NCBI GenBank assembly: GCA_002269645.1
Contig: NIVC01002038.1
Location: 1 to 64,000 of the forward strand
Reading direction: 5' to 3'
DNA length: 64,000 nt
DNA from: Macrostomum lignano
Lineage: Eukaryota
The number at the start of each line of letters is the position of its first letter. Positions within the stretch are counted from its first letter, which is position 1. The notes beneath the pieces were generated by a model. That model had not been told where the DNA came from. It did no database searches and worked only from the letters and a program-made list of their open reading frames with translations. Shown here in pieces: positions 30,613 through 44,000 of the stretch. Position numbers and translations under genes: made by a program.

Positions 30613-31376
30613 GACTCACGCAGCTCAAAAGTCAAGACTGTGGGTCCAAAGAGTAATCGGATGGATTCGATGCAGTTGATGGGTCGTAGCCGTATTTGCA
30701 TGTGTGTTAAGCGGTGGTTTGCTGCTATTGGGAAGAACAGCTTATTCTTATAGATGAGTTCCGACCGGTGACCCTGCAAAAGACCACCAATATTCAAAGT
30801 CTGCAGTGCTGGAGTAAATTGATTTCCAATACAGCGCGGGCTAAGCTGATTGCACTCAACAAGCAGCAAATCCATATTCCAGGCCGGGTTCATGCCAGGT
30901 CGTTCAAAGCATCCTGCCTGCTCGCTATAGGTTGTCTGCGCAGCACCAAAGATTTTCCCCAGCTGGCTGTTTTCTGGAAAGATAAATCTATCACAGATCC
31001 CAGCCATTTGATAGTATACATAATGGCTAACTGAATCAAAGGTAAATTTAATTAGATGCACATTTATAGGTGTTTCGCCAATTCCAGACTCATCAAAATC
31101 TTTTAAAATCAGTAGGGCATTTACTGAATCAATCAGCTCATTCAAGTCATTGTAGCGCCCAGCTGGAATTTCAGCACATTGCATTGAACCCTCAAGCTGA
31201 TAATATAGCGACAATGGATGAGGGATCATGTAGATGCAGTTGATAAAACTGATTCCAAGCAGAGCCAACTCATAATCCAAAGCAGAATCCAGCAGCACAG
31301 GATGAAGCAGCTCAGCAGTAAAGTTGGCCGGGTCATCATCGGGGCCGGACATTACCTGAAATATTTGCCTTTTCAT
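30594..31376 (-). CDS. PX: Minor capsid (penton) protein, apparently intact
   Basis: NFTAELLHPVLL...YELALLGISF; LLLVECNQL...IGNQFTPALQTL; LFFPI...MQIRLRP...GPTVLTFELR; 260 aa. Confidence 0.85.
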   Translation of the reverse strand: MKRQIFQVMSGPDDDPANFTAELLHPVLLDSALDYELALLGISFINCIYMIPHPLSLYYQLEGSMQCAEIPAGRYNDLNELIDSVNALLILKDFDESGIGETPINVHLIKFTFDSVSHYVYYQMAGICDRFIFPENSQLGKIFGAAQTTYSEQAGCFERPGMNPAWNMDLLLVECNQLSPRCIGNQFTPALQTLNIGGLLQGHRSELIYKNKLFFPIAANHRLTHMQIRLRPINCIESIRLLFGPTVLTFELRESWTFDK

Positions 31377-32340
31377 ATTTTTCTAAAGTCTTTTTCGTCA
31401 ATACAACTGGGTTTTTCTGAATCGCGCCACTGAACCAAATACCGAATCTTTCCACTCTTCAGCTTCTTAATCTTGAGAACCTTGTCGATGATCCACAGCT
31501 TCTTGTTTCCAGTCAGTTGCTGCATTTCCGGCTCGTAAAACTTGCCTTCCAACTCTTCTCCTCGGGCATCGATCAGAGTGTACATGTATGGATAATGCTT
31601 GGGGTGGAGGGACTTGACTTCAAATGCTTCCTCACTCCATCCCCTTGTGTATCCCTTGGTGAATGGGTTGGTCGGATTGCGAAGAGAGATTCGCACCATC
31701 AATCCTGCCTTGAACTTTGGTCTGGAGACCTTTTCACGAGTCTCAGGAAGCTTCCCATCATAAAGCCGGTGCCAAATATCCATCTCGTTTGACTTGTCGA
31801 CATCAACTGGTCGGCTTTGAATACTCCGATGAATACTCTGGTTATATGCCTTTACTAGGGGCTGAAGCACATCGGTCCATGTTAATGTTGACTTGTGACG
31901 GAAGTACCGCCACATTCGGGATTTCAGTGTGCAGTTCCATCTCTCAATGACTTCGCATTTCTGGTCACTGCTTGACGTGAATGCATGAATTTTATGGTTT
32001 ACGCAGAGGGCTCGGAACTGGATGTTACAAAACTCTTTTCCGTGGTTGGTCCGAACTGCTCGTGGGCATCGAGGGTGAGCTTCGCTTCGAATCCGGCTGC
32101 AACCTCCTCGGCTGTCTTGCGGCGCACTGGCTGAGCCCAGGCAAACTTGCTGAGCACATCGATGCAGCATAGAATATATCGTACGCCGCCATTGTACTGG
32201 CAAACGGCAGCATTTCAACCAGGTCCAGTTCCCACTGGTCATCAATGCCCCGCACCACAATCGGTGCTCGACGAAAGTTTTTGCGTTTATCTCTATGCAG
32301 TGTGTAGACATCTTGGTCTTGGAGCCACGTCCTTACCTTT
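31373..32340 (-). pseudogene. INT: rve integrase with C-terminal chromodomain; 5' end lost, frameshifted
   Basis: TWLQDQDVYTLHR; IDDQWELDLVEM; RTNHGKEF; VIERWNCTLK; VRIS...FTKGYTRGWSEEAF; chromodomain IIDKVLK...RYLVQWRD. Confidence 0.92.
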
Positions 32341-32562
32341 AATTGTAAAAACTGGAAATTCCTCGGTAGTAATTAAAAATCAACAAATTAAATTTACAAA
32401 AATCAACGCACGCACACATTGGCAGTATTATAGGCCAAAATATTCTGATTGTAATAAAAATAAAATCAATGGTATTTTTATTATCTAGACAGCAGAATAA
32501 AACAAAACATCATCGTTATTATCAATATACAAGGTGGATACAAGTCTCGTAGTCAGAAAAAT

Positions 32563-35500
32563 CTAGTCAAACGGGCAGGGTCGCTTTCGCTTCTCTGCCT
32601 CTAGACGCCAGTGGCCGTAGGGTAGGCTCCGATTTGCCGCAAGCCATGCCCTCTTGTCCTCCCAAAACGAGAGTGCGCGTTTCAAGGTGGCAGTGGTGAA
32701 CAACCGATGATGCTCACTGGCAATACGACGCGTCAGCCAGGACTTTTCTTCCATTTTCATCAAAGTTTCGCAGTAGTCGGCGTGGCAGATTTCATTTTGC
32801 ACTACAGATCGCTGCACGCCCTTAGCACGACACTTGTCCTTGGATGAGTTTACTAGCTGCAGCGAAGGAATAGAGCTTGGGACGCAACAGGATCCACTCA
32901 TGAAAGTTCGCTGTGTCACCGCTCGCATCCTTTACACAGCCTAACCTTGCTTTGCGTTCGCAACTATACAAGCAGTGGTCCTTGGGATAATTAGAGGTGT
33001 CCAGCAGCTCCATTTCGCACAGTTTAGGTAGAAACCATCGCTCGCCATCAGCATTCTTTAAGTGGAGGTAGAAGGAGTCAGTGTCACCGCCGAGCAGATT
33101 GAGGCTCGCACACGGTAACTGATTGACCAGCGGAAGCAGCTTATCATACCACAAGCTGTACATAATGAGCTTGCTGTTATCAAGGACACATTGCCCGATG
33201 TACACTGGTTTGTTGAGCTCGACTGTTGTCTTGCGCATGTGGACAAGAACAAGATTATCATTAAATATCTCTTGATCTTCAAAATTAGGTTTAGCTGCGA
33301 GCTTCTCCAACTTTTCTGCTGAGTTGACCAGGCGGTAGTCAACGCGTTTGCGCACGTTCTCCATGGTCTTCCCAAACAGAGAGTTGTTCAGCAGCTTATT
33401 ATAATCCTTTTCAAACTCATTTTTGGTTTGTGCACGCCGCTCACTATTACGCTGAATGTAAGGCTCGAGCACTGCTGCTTGCTGAAAGCGAACAATGCAG
33501 TGGACAGTACGCAGCCTAAGACCTAGACGGAGATAAAACTGTAGGATTCTGGCGTGTACAACATAGTTGGTTTTATCAAAGCATGTCAACATCAACTTGT
33601 CGCCTCCTGAATTATATCCTCGACAAGAGAGCCTCTGACTAGATAGTAGTTCCCAGAGCTGCTGCTGATGCGGCGGCATCCATTCCCACTGAGGCTGCGC
33701 CTTCTCTGGAGCAAGGGGCAAGTCTGATGTCTTGTCGTTCAAATATGGAGGGTAACGGAGATCAACCTCGAGCAAGTACCCAACATCGCCCTCTGGGTCA
33801 AACTCATCCCTGATCCAACTCTCAACCTCACCGTTTGGTGGCACAATGTCAAGCACTTGGAACCCGCACCATGGCAGTTTGGTGGACAAGGCATGTCCGT
33901 AGAGGTTGTTGGCGTCGATAGGGATAAGATAGCTTTGAGGTTGATGTGAATCATACAGCTCACCGAGTCCGGAATGGTTGGCATTAGCTTTATGTGTGTT
34001 GACAAATGTCATACCACCACGAGTACCCTCTTCAAATAAGCTGTACAAATCTGGACATTGCAGCAATTCAAGCTCCAGTTTTACAGTACTTAAGCGCTGC
34101 TTTGAAAGACATTCCCGGCGTCGTTATAAAATGCACTGGGTCTAGCCCATCTGAAGTGAGGCTCATTCGACGAAAGGCCTCGAACACATCGGCGAGCTGG
34201 CGAATGTCCATTTCAAGGTATGCAAGCATGTAGTCACGCAGTGTGTTACACCCAAACTCTCTCCAGGCACGCTGGGCAGTTTCATAGTCTTGATCGTTGC
34301 ACGGCTCATTGTTCAAGTCGTTGGCAAAAGCTTCTTGGGATGGGAGCTGCTGCTCATCTAAATTCGAATCGCTAGTGGCATAGGAATAGGGAAACACCCC
34401 CTTCCGCAGTAGGACTTCGATGGAGGCGAGTGGATATCGCTGCTGCGTGCATCTCCAACGTGTAGTGACAGTCTGTCGGGGTTAAATTGCGCACTAATTG
34501 AGCAAGACTCGACGCCATGAACTGGAAAGAGTCGAGAAAACGCAGACGCATGAATTTCGGCACCAAACGATCTTTAGATGAGTCATAGACCGACTCAATA
34601 GGTATACGGGCCTCTATAGTCATGTAGCGCTCCTTTGTTTGTGCCAAAGGACTTAGTTCTTTGGCACAAACAAAGGACTTAGTTCCCAATGTTTCACACG
34701 ACCGATCACCGTGCTGCACAACAAGTGTGAATCATAACCTCGGAAATTGTGAAAAAAGATTGGAAGAAAGTCGCGCTTGAGAACAGCTGACTCATTACAT
34801 GACAGGCATGCAGCACCTAAAAACTTTCCATTGAGATGATCATGATGGAAGTGGCGATCGTCATCAAGAGCTTTCTCGCACAAGCAGCAATGAGTGGCAG
34901 TCTGGAACTGTTCTTCCTTCTGGACAGAGCGAATGGCAGGGTAATTACTATGTCGCGCATTCCACTTGTATGCTGCAATGGCGACAGCCTTAAGTGCCTG
35001 TATGAAGTGCATCATGCACTCATCCGACTTTGAAAACAGTTGCATAGGACGTTCGGAGAGTGGAGGCGCAGCTACGTCACTTCTTTGGACAATAAGGAAT
35101 CCGGCAGCGGCTGGTAGGTGGTGTGCGGTCTTTAAGGTAGCACAGCCATCTAGCTCATCGTCTATGGGGGACATCATTGCCTTAAAACATGACATGAGGA
35201 GGGGAGAGTGTTTTGTGCCATGCCTTGAATCGCAGTGTTTTATCCTTTAGCATCACCTCCTCCATGCTATCCTCACGGCCCATGCACCGCCGTCTATGAA
35301 CGGATAGAGATTCAACCGTCCGGAACTTGCCAAGACAGCGATCGCACCAACGATATTTATGTGCGTCGTGACTGTTCATTAGACGATCTAGGTTAGCAAT
35401 AGCACACCAATGGTTACCGGCATCAGTGGTAACCAATAGAAGCAGGATCAATCGGTGAGGTCGCCATTCCTGAATGAGATCTGCTGGGGCTGGGCGTATA

Positions 35501-36206
35501 AGCACTGGGCATGACCGTTAGTCCATTTGAAGGCCGAGATGGCCAATCCTGGATTGTTCTTCTCCACTCGGCCCAGGTCATTCACGTTGGCAGGGAAAGG
35601 AACATTGTCCCAACGGATTTCGTCTTCCCACTCTCACGGAAAGTGGAGCGTCGCAAAGGCTTCTCACTGCTGACACGGTCTGTGTGCAATGCAGACAGAA
35701 CGGCATATTTCAGACAGTCGTTTCCACTGGAGTAGGCATTGATGACTGCCCTTTTAGCCCTTAGCTTTGGTGGAAGTTCAAATGAGTTGGAACGTATACC
35801 TGAGCCATTAGGCAACTGATATCTTACAATGGAAAGATCTACGCAGCGAGTGGAGTAAATTGTCCACCCACTGCCATTGCGAAGGTATTTGCTCAGTCGT
35901 TCTAAAATAAATGGGATTTCCCGAACAAAGAAATCTTCTTCCTCATCTGAAAGGACTTCGGCCGTTTCACTGGCAAACCAGGCTGTGCTCTGCGCCACAA
36001 AGCTGCCACCAGCCCAACGCTGCATAGACACGCCGAGTCGGATTTGGACCTTGATGGCAAAGCCTGGTTTTGAACGCAGATCTGCCAGGAGTTCTGTGCC
36101 TGAAGCAATGGATGACTCCAGGGCGTCGATAGGATCGCCGGCAACGATTTGCCGATAGAGTCGCGACTGGCCGAAAAATGCTTCTTTAATTAATTGGAAT
36201 TGACAT
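32563..36206 (-). pseudogene. pPolB: Protein-primed DNA polymerase B with endonuclease VII-like insert, multiply frameshifted
   Basis: YLRNGSGWT; HCCLC...HHDHLNGKFLGAACLSCN; FHNFRGYDSH; FLDSFQFMASSL; IDANNLYG; KLLNNSLFGK; GDTDS; ILLRPKLYS; ATG at 36206. Confidence 0.96.
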
Positions 36207-36354
36207 GTTTCATCAGAAAAAAGTTGGAATAATTGGGCACACTGAGTAGTGAGCTAATATATCACCGGCCACTGACTGACTACAGTATTCGCAAAATGTC
36301 AGGTTTAAAATTTAGAACGCAAAATTTTAACTCTATAAAAAAACTCTAGGACCG

Positions 36355-36829
36355 AAAAAACTGTGAGCCTTCCTTCCGGCCGCGCGCGAGATTATATACG
36401 ACGGGAGTTGGTAAGTAACACCAGCTCCCGCTACATAGCAATAACCAATCCGAACCCCGAATCCAACCCCACACAACAGCCCTTTCGCAGGAACCCTCGG
36501 CAAATCAGGAGCCCTTCCGGGGACCACTCAGCCATTTAAAAACAGCTCCCGTTCCATAGCAATAACCAATCCGAACCCCGAATCCAACCCCACACAACAG
36601 GAGGTGGCGGAACCTTCTTGCCACCCTCTGGCCTTCTGGCCACCAAGAAGTAGCGGTCTAGGTCTAACGACCTCCCGCTGTACCCGCCACAGCAAGGAAA
36701 AGAGTAGAGCCAAAGCATGGAATGAGGGTTTTGCCTTGGCTGTAGGTGAGGCAGGGAATAAGATTGGGGTTTAGGGTGCCCCGGCCAATTCGGTGCGATG
36801 ACGGTGGAGGGGACCACTTTCCTACTACT
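36355..36829 (-). repeat. Right TIR of Polinton-2 (~475 bp), with TATATAA at 36398-36392 facing pPolB
   Basis: Reverse complement of the left TIR; inner ~240 bp shows no mismatch by eye. Confidence 0.92.
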
Positions 36830-37110
36830 TATGGCCAAGCTAGTGCCAGGGCCAGAACTATTGTTAGAGCTTTGTCTAATGGCTATGGCTAAAGTTAAGG
36901 CTGGGGCTGCGTAGAGCTAGGGCTAGGGTCAGGACTATGGTTGGGGCTAGGGCTAAGGCTAAAGCTAGGGCTGTGATCTAGCTAGGGTTAGTGCTAGAAT
37001 AAGGACTAGTAGCTAGGAGCTAAGGACTAGGGCTATAGCTAGGATACTGAGGCAGGCCTGCAAGGCTAGAGATATGGCTAGGGCTAGGCTAGGGCCAGTG
37101 TTAAGGCTAC
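36830..37110. repeat. Degenerate (GGGCTA)n repeat, right flank of Polinton-2, grading into TATAG-rich sequence
   Basis: gctagggctagggtcagg...ggggctagggctaaggctaaagctagggct. Confidence 0.75.
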
Positions 37111-38269
37111 AAATATAGCATTTGTGTAACTATAAGGCAATGGCAATTTTAGGCCCTAATTATAGGCCCCCTAAAAGATTGGGAATTTGGGGCTAGAGCT
37201 AAGATAGGAACAAGAGCAGTTATATAATTGTTATCTACATGGCTAAGCTTTTGACAGGTATAGGCTTGGCATGGAATGGAGAATAGGCTTATGATATAGT
37301 TTCTATAGACCTAAACATTTTTAATAATAGAAACTATAACTATAAATAAATAAACAGCAAACAGGCCTATATGATGTAGGCCTATCCAGCTATTTCATTC
37401 CAATACTGTATCCAGCTATAATATGTATAGTAGTATAGCTTTATACTACTATAGGGTTTTAGAATTTATTAATTGGATAGTATAGCTTTATAATTATAAT
37501 ACTCCATATATAGCTCTCTTTACATTAAAGCACTGGCTTTAGAAAGTTGTAAAGTGGCACAGTGCTAGACATATGGTCTATTGCTAGCATTCTACTAATT
37601 ACTATACAGCCATTGTATAGTAATATAGTAGTATGATATCTGATAGTGACAATAGGGCCTAGCATCAATTTATAGAGTCAGTGGCTTGGTAGTGCTTTCT
37701 AACTGCTTTTTTCTATTTTTTACTAAGCTTCCCATGCAAAACAATTAAAATAAGTTTTTGGAAACGCTTGTATATAGTTCACTTCTACGGAAAGTACAAT
37801 CCAAGTATTGTGTAGCCGCGTATTCCCGACTTCGAATTCTCGCCAACTATTGCAGACTTAATTAGTCGAAGAAAACCTGATTTACTAGCTCGCCAGCTTG
37901 CTTGAATTTATAGACTGACCGCGACGGCGGAGGGCAGGGTGAAAAACGCAGCTTAGAAAATCCTAACCAATCGGATTGCGCCGACAGGGTAGGCACTAAG
38001 CACTCTATTGGTTGGGGCTCGTTATTTACGCGCTTGCAGCCAATCGGAAACGAAAAGAAATTTCGCGAAAGACTATACGCAAGGGTGGGGGTTGACGCAG
38101 AGAGAAAGAAAGAGAAAATAATAGAAAATAACTAGCAATCTTCGCCCCCCGTTGGGGGACATCTGGATAGAATCTCTGTTCTCTACAAGTAACAAAAAGA
38201 CAGCCAAATAAAGCCTTCACAAAGACAACAGAAGAACTGCTCAAATAAAGTGTAATGCAAAAAGAAATC

Positions 38270-38390
38270 ATCCCCCAGATAGCAAGCATCCCCCAGATAG
38301 AAAGCATCCCCCAGATAGCAAGCATCCCCCAAAAAGCAAGCATCCCCCAGATAGCAAGCATCCCCCAAATAGTAAGCATCCACCAGACAA
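38270..38390. repeat. 18-bp tandem repeat (atcccccagatagcaagc) x~6
   Basis: Direct observation; degenerate relative at ~44065-44140. Confidence 0.9.
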
Positions 38391-38479
38391 TAAGTAGCTA
38401 GTGCAACAATTTCCTTAGCTCTATAGTGGCTCCTTTAAAATTGGCATGACGCTTACTTTTACGTTTGAAATTGTGTATC

Positions 38480-40440
38480 TTTTATGTTTGACATGGCGGC
38501 TCTTTAATGTTCGACATGGTGGCTCCTTTATGTTTGACATGGTGGCTCTTTAATGTTCAACATGGTGGTTCTTTTACGTTTGAAATGGTGGCTCTTTAAT
38601 GTTCGACATGGTGGCTCTTTAATGTTCGACGTGGTGGCTCCTTTATGTTTGACAAGGTGGCTCTTTAATGTTCGACATGGTGGCTCCTTTATTTTTGACA
38701 TGGTGGCTCTTTATTGTTTGACATGGTGGCTCTTTAATGTTCGACATGGTGGCTCCTTTATGTTCGACATGGTGGCTCTTTAATGTTCAACATGGTGGTT
38801 CTTTTACGTTTGACATGGTGGCTCTTTAATGTTCGACATGGTGGCTCTTTAATGTTCAACATGGTGGTTCTTTTACGTTTGACATGGTGGCTCTTTATTG
38901 TTTGACATGGTGGCTCTTTAATGTTCGACATGGTGGCTCTTTAATGTTCGACATGGTGGCTCTTTATTGTTCGAAATTGTGGCTCTTTAATGCTCTACAT
39001 TGTGGCTCTTTAATGTTCTACATTGTGGCTCTTTAATGCTCTACATTGTGGCTCTTTAATGTTCTACATATTGTGGCTCTTTAATTTTCGACATGGTGGC
39101 TCTTTAATGTTTGACATTGTGGCTCTTTAATGTTCTACATATTGTGGCTCTTTAATGTTCGACATGGTGGCTCTTTAATGTTCTACATTGTGGCTCTTTA
39201 TTGTTTGACATGATGGCTTTTTAATGTTTGACATCATGGCTCTTTAATGTTCTACATTCTGGCTCTTTAATGTTCTACATTGTGGCTCTTTAATGTTCTA
39301 CATTGTGGCTCTTTAATGTTCTACATTGTGGCTCTTAAACGTTCGACAGGGTGGCTCTTAATGTTTGACATGGAGTCACGTATGTGTTAGACATGGGGTC
39401 ATGTATATATTTGGCATGGAGTCACATATATGCTTTACATGGTGGGGTCATGTATATATTTGGCATGGAGTCACATATATGCTTTACATGGTGGCTCTTT
39501 AATGTTTGACATGTTGGCTCTTTAATGTGTGACATAGTGGCTCTTTAATGTTTGACATGGAGTCATGTATATATTTGGCATGGAGTCACGTATATGTTTG
39601 ACATGGTGGCTCTTTAATGTTTGACATAGTGGCTCTTTAATGTTTGACATAATGGCTCTTTAATGTTTGACATGGTGGCTCTTTTATGTTTGACATGATG
39701 GCTCTTTAATGTTCGACATGGTGGCTGTTTAATGTTTGTTATGGAGTCATATGTATATGTTTTACATGGTGGCTCTTTTATGTGTGACATGGAGTCACGT
39801 ATATATTTGACATGGAGTCACATATATGTTTGACATGTTGGCTCTTAATGTCTGACATAGTGGCTCTTTAATGTTTGACATGGAGTCATGTATATATTTG
39901 GCATGGAGTCACGTATATGTTTGACATGGTGGCTCTTTAATGTTTGACATAGTGGCTCTTTAATGTTTGACATAGTGGCTCTTTAAGGTTTGACATAATG
40001 GCTCTTTAATGTTTGACATGGTGGCTCTTTTATGTTTGACATGATGGCTCTTTAATGTTCGACATAGTGGCTGTTTAATGTTTGTTATGGAGTCATATGT
40101 ATATGTTTTACATGGTGGCTCTTTTATGTGTGACATGGAGTCACTTATATATTTGACATGGAGTCACATATATGGTTGACATGGTGGCTCTTTAGTGTTC
40201 GATATGGTGGCTCTTTAATGTTTGACATAGTGGCTCTTAATTTTTTACTTGGTGGCTCTTTAATGTTTGACATGGAGTCACGTATGTGTTTGACATGGAG
40301 TCACGTATATGTTTGACATGGAGTCACATATATGTTTGACATGGTGGCTTTTTAATGTTTGACATGGTGGCTCTTTAATGTTTGACATGGTGGCTCTTTT
40401 ATGCTTGACATGGTGGCTCTTCTATGTTTGACATTGTGCT
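38480..40440. repeat. ~20-bp minisatellite (atgtttgacatggtggctcttta), ~2 kb, with a variant sub-unit (catggagtcacgtatat)
   Basis: Direct observation. Confidence 0.95.
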
Positions 40441-40494
40441 TCTTTTATGTGTAGCAGTTTTGTGTTTTTAATGTGTTTTAATAAAAAAATCTTT

Positions 40495-40562
40495 TGCACT
40501 ACTAAGATTCGAACCCAGGTCACTACATTAGCATCCCAGTCTGTTCGCATCTGGGCTATCTC
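40495..40562 (-). other. tRNA-derived (SINE-head-like) sequence with Pol III A/B boxes and T7 run
   Basis: Minus strand TAGCCCAGATG...GGTTCGAATC...ATTTTTTT; no convincing acceptor stem, so not a functional tRNA. Confidence 0.55.
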
Positions 40563-41035
40563 TTTTCATTTGGAGAACATGAATTGTGGCCCTTATAATT
40601 CAATTCTTACAGCAAGTCAATTGGAGTAGAAAGTTATGACATAATCAATTTCTCAGTCAGCCAGTATCAGTCTCAATTCAAGTTAGCAATATGGTTACGC
40701 AATTTCAATCAAGTCTTGTGTGCGTTTCTGTGGCACTGTTTTCAACTTGTTGTGATGCAATCTTTATCACAATCGTAATTCAGCCAGTCAGTTTTTCTCT
40801 AGCATTCTTACAATGCATTTCAAGTCAAAAATTTGGCTTGACCTTTGCAAAAAAGCATGTTTTTCGAATATTTAATCCCTTTAACATTGAGCAATTTCTT
40901 AGCCAAGATGCATGTACCGTCCCAGGAAAATTTCTGATCGAATGGTGCAAGTTTGAAGAAAATCGGTTGAGCCATTTTTTCTGAAATCTATCGCATAGCT
41001 AGTTAGTTACAGACATTTCATTTTTAGTATATAGG

Positions 41036-44000
41036 ACTAGCCAATTCCAACCCCCGTTGGGGCTTTCCGTCCAAACTCCAATCACAGTTTTCCCACGCAA
41101 TAAAATTTCACCCCACTGAATCCCACATCCAAAGAATCCCTCATCCAAAAAATCCCCCATCCATAAAATCTCTGATGCAAAGAATCTCACATGCAAAGAA
41201 TTCCCTATCCAAAGAATCCGCCATCTAAAGAACCTCCATCGATAGAATCCACTCAATTCCCCACTTCACACAATCCACACAATTCCCCACTCAAGGAATC
41301 CTCCTATCTGAAGAATTCCCAATCCAATTTATCGCCCATCCGTAGAATCTCACATGCAAAGAATCCTATGTCCAAAGAATCCTCCATTCAAAGACCCCCC
41401 CCCCATTGATAGAATCCCGATTCGAAGAATCCCCATCCAATGAATTTCCTATCCAAGGAATCCCCCATACACAGAATCCCCATCCAAAGAATCTCAAATC
41501 CATCCCTATCCAAAGAATCCCCCCATCCTTCCATATCCAAAGAATCCTAAATCCATCCATATCCAAAGAATCCCCATCCATCCCTATCCAAAAAATCCTC
41601 ATCCATCCATATCCAAAGAATCCCAAATCCATCCCTATCCAAAAAATCCTCATCCATCCATATCCAAAGAATCCCAAATCCATCCCTATCCAAAGAATTC
41701 CCCCCATCCATCCATATCCAAAGAATCCCAAATCCATCCCTATCTAAAGAATCCCCCATCCATCCCTATCTAAAGAATCCCCCATCCATCCCTATCTAAA
41801 GAATCCTCCTATCTATCCCTATCCAGAAAAACCCGGCATCCATTCCTATCTAAAGAATCCCCCAATCCATCCATATCCAAAGAATCCCCATCTAAATAAT
41901 CGACATCCAAATAATCCCCATCCACAAAATCCCCATCTAAATAATCCAAAGATTCTCAAATCCAAATTATCCCTTATCTAAAAAATCATTGACAAAATGA
42001 TCCCCTCATCTAAAGAATCCCCGTCCAAATAATCCCAATCCAAAGAATCCCCCTCCAGAAACCCCCCTCCTCTAAAGAATCCACAACCAAATAATCCCCA
42101 TTAACAGAAACCCCATCCAAAGAATCCAAAGAAACCCCCATCCAAAGAATCCAAAGAATCTCCCATCCAAATAGAATCCTTGGCCAAAGAATCCCCTCAT
42201 CTACAGAACACCCATCCAAATATCCCCCATCTAAAGAATCCCCTCATGCAAATAATCTCCGTCCAAACAATCCAAATCCAATCCAATCCAATCCAAAAGA
42301 TGCCTTTATCGGAAGAACCCTTCATCGAAAGAATCCCCCATCGAAGGAAGTTCCAAATGAATCACCTATCCAAAAATATTCATTAGAAGCACCCCTCAAC
42401 CAAAAATTTCCAATCCATAGAATTTCCCCCAAGACTTAATATCTCAGCAATTCCCCCAAGCCTTGACACCTCAGAAATCCCCCAAGCCTTGACATCTCAG
42501 CAATTTCCCCTTAAGCTCTGACATCTCAGCGATTCCGGCGCAAGCCTTGATATCTCAGTACGCCCGTAATTCCCGCAGTTAGCCTTGAAATCCTAGCCTT
42601 AATTCTTACCAAGCCTTGAAATCTCAGTAATTCCCCTCCCCAAGACTTGACATCTCAAAAATTACCCTTAAGCCTTGACATCTCCCCCCCCACGCCTTGA
42701 CATCTCAGAAATTCCCCCAGTAAGCCTTTATATCTCAGTAATTTCCCCAGTAAGTCTTGCCATCTCAGCAATTCCCCTCTGTAAGACTTGACATCTAAGG
42801 AATTTCCCATTAAGCAATGAAATCTCAGTAATTCCCCCCAGTAAATCTTGACATCTTAGCAATTTCTCCCAGTCAAAAGCGTTGACATCTCAGCAATTCC
42901 CCCCCCCCTAAGACTTGACCTCCACAGAATCCCCGTTCAAAGAATCCCTCATCCCAAGAACCCCCCATCCATCCCTATCTAAAGAACCCCAGATCCATCC
43001 CTATCCAAAGAACCCCAGATCCATCCCTATCCAAAGAATCCCCCATCCACCCCTATCCAAAGAATCCCCCTCTTAAGAATCTCCCATTCAAATAATCCCC
43101 CATCAAAAGAATCCTTGGCCAAAGAATCCCCTCATCTAAAGAACCACCGTCGAAATACTCCCCATCCAAAGAATCCCCTCATAAAGAATCCCCCCAAATA
43201 ATCTCATATCCAAAGGATCACTCTATAGAAAGAAGCCTTCATCTAAAGAATCCCCCATTCAAAGAACCCTTCATCGAAATAATAATCCCCCAACGAAGGA
43301 ATTCCCCAATGAATCACTATCCAAATATATATTTTCAAAGCACCCTCCCTCATTCAAAGAATCCCCAATCCATAGAATTCCCCCCAAAGACATGACATCT
43401 CAGCAATTCGCCCTCAGGACTTGAAATCTCTGCAATTCCCTTCCCTAAGATTTTGACATCTCAGAAATTCCCCCAAGCCTTCACATCTCAGCATTCCCCC
43501 CTTAGACTTGATATCTCACAGATTTCCCCCCTTCTAAGACTTGACATCTCAGGAATTTCCCCACCAAGCATTGACATCTCGGAAATTCCCCCAAGCCTTC
43601 ACATCTCAGCAATTCGCCCTCAAGCCTTGGCATCTCAGTAATTCCCCCCCAGCCTTGAAATCTCAGCAATTCCGTCTTACGTCTTGACATCTCGGCAAGT
43701 CCCTCTAAGCATTTGACATCTCAGCAATTCCCCCCCCCCTAAGACTTGACATCTCAGGAATTTCCCCACCAAGCCTTGGCATCTCAGCAAGTCCCTCTTA
43801 AGCCTTGGCATCTCAGCAAGTCCCTCTTAAGCCTTGGCATCTCAGCAAGTCCCTCTTTAGCCTTGGCATCTCAGCAATTCCCCCCCCCCAAGACTTGACA
43901 TCTCAGGAATTTCCCCACCAAGCCTTGGTATCTCAGCAAGTCCCTCTTAAGCATTGACATCTCAGTGATTCCCCCGAAGCCTTGACATCTCAGCAATTCC

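Larger units (their letters stand above)
24239..36829. mobile_element. Polinton/Maverick element 2, full-length (12.6 kb) with TIRs and 6-bp TSD
   Basis: Termini AGTATTAGGAAAGTGGTCCCC / reverse complement AGTAGTAGGAAAGTGGTCCCC; TSD TATGGC at 24233-24238 and 36830-36835; pPolB, INT, penton, MCP, PRO and ATPase genes. Confidence 0.98.
38131..41035 (+). mobile_element. Non-autonomous Helitron-like element 1 carrying minisatellites
   Basis: 5' ACTAGcaatcttcgccccccgttggggg with small hairpin; 3' caagtttgaagaaaatcggttgagcc...cagacatttcatttttagtatatagg, typical of non-autonomous invertebrate Helitron-type ends. Confidence 0.55.

Noticed and set aside
40495-40562. Functional tRNA gene
   Set aside because: A/B boxes are present but there is no consistent acceptor stem or cloverleaf; recorded only as tRNA-derived.
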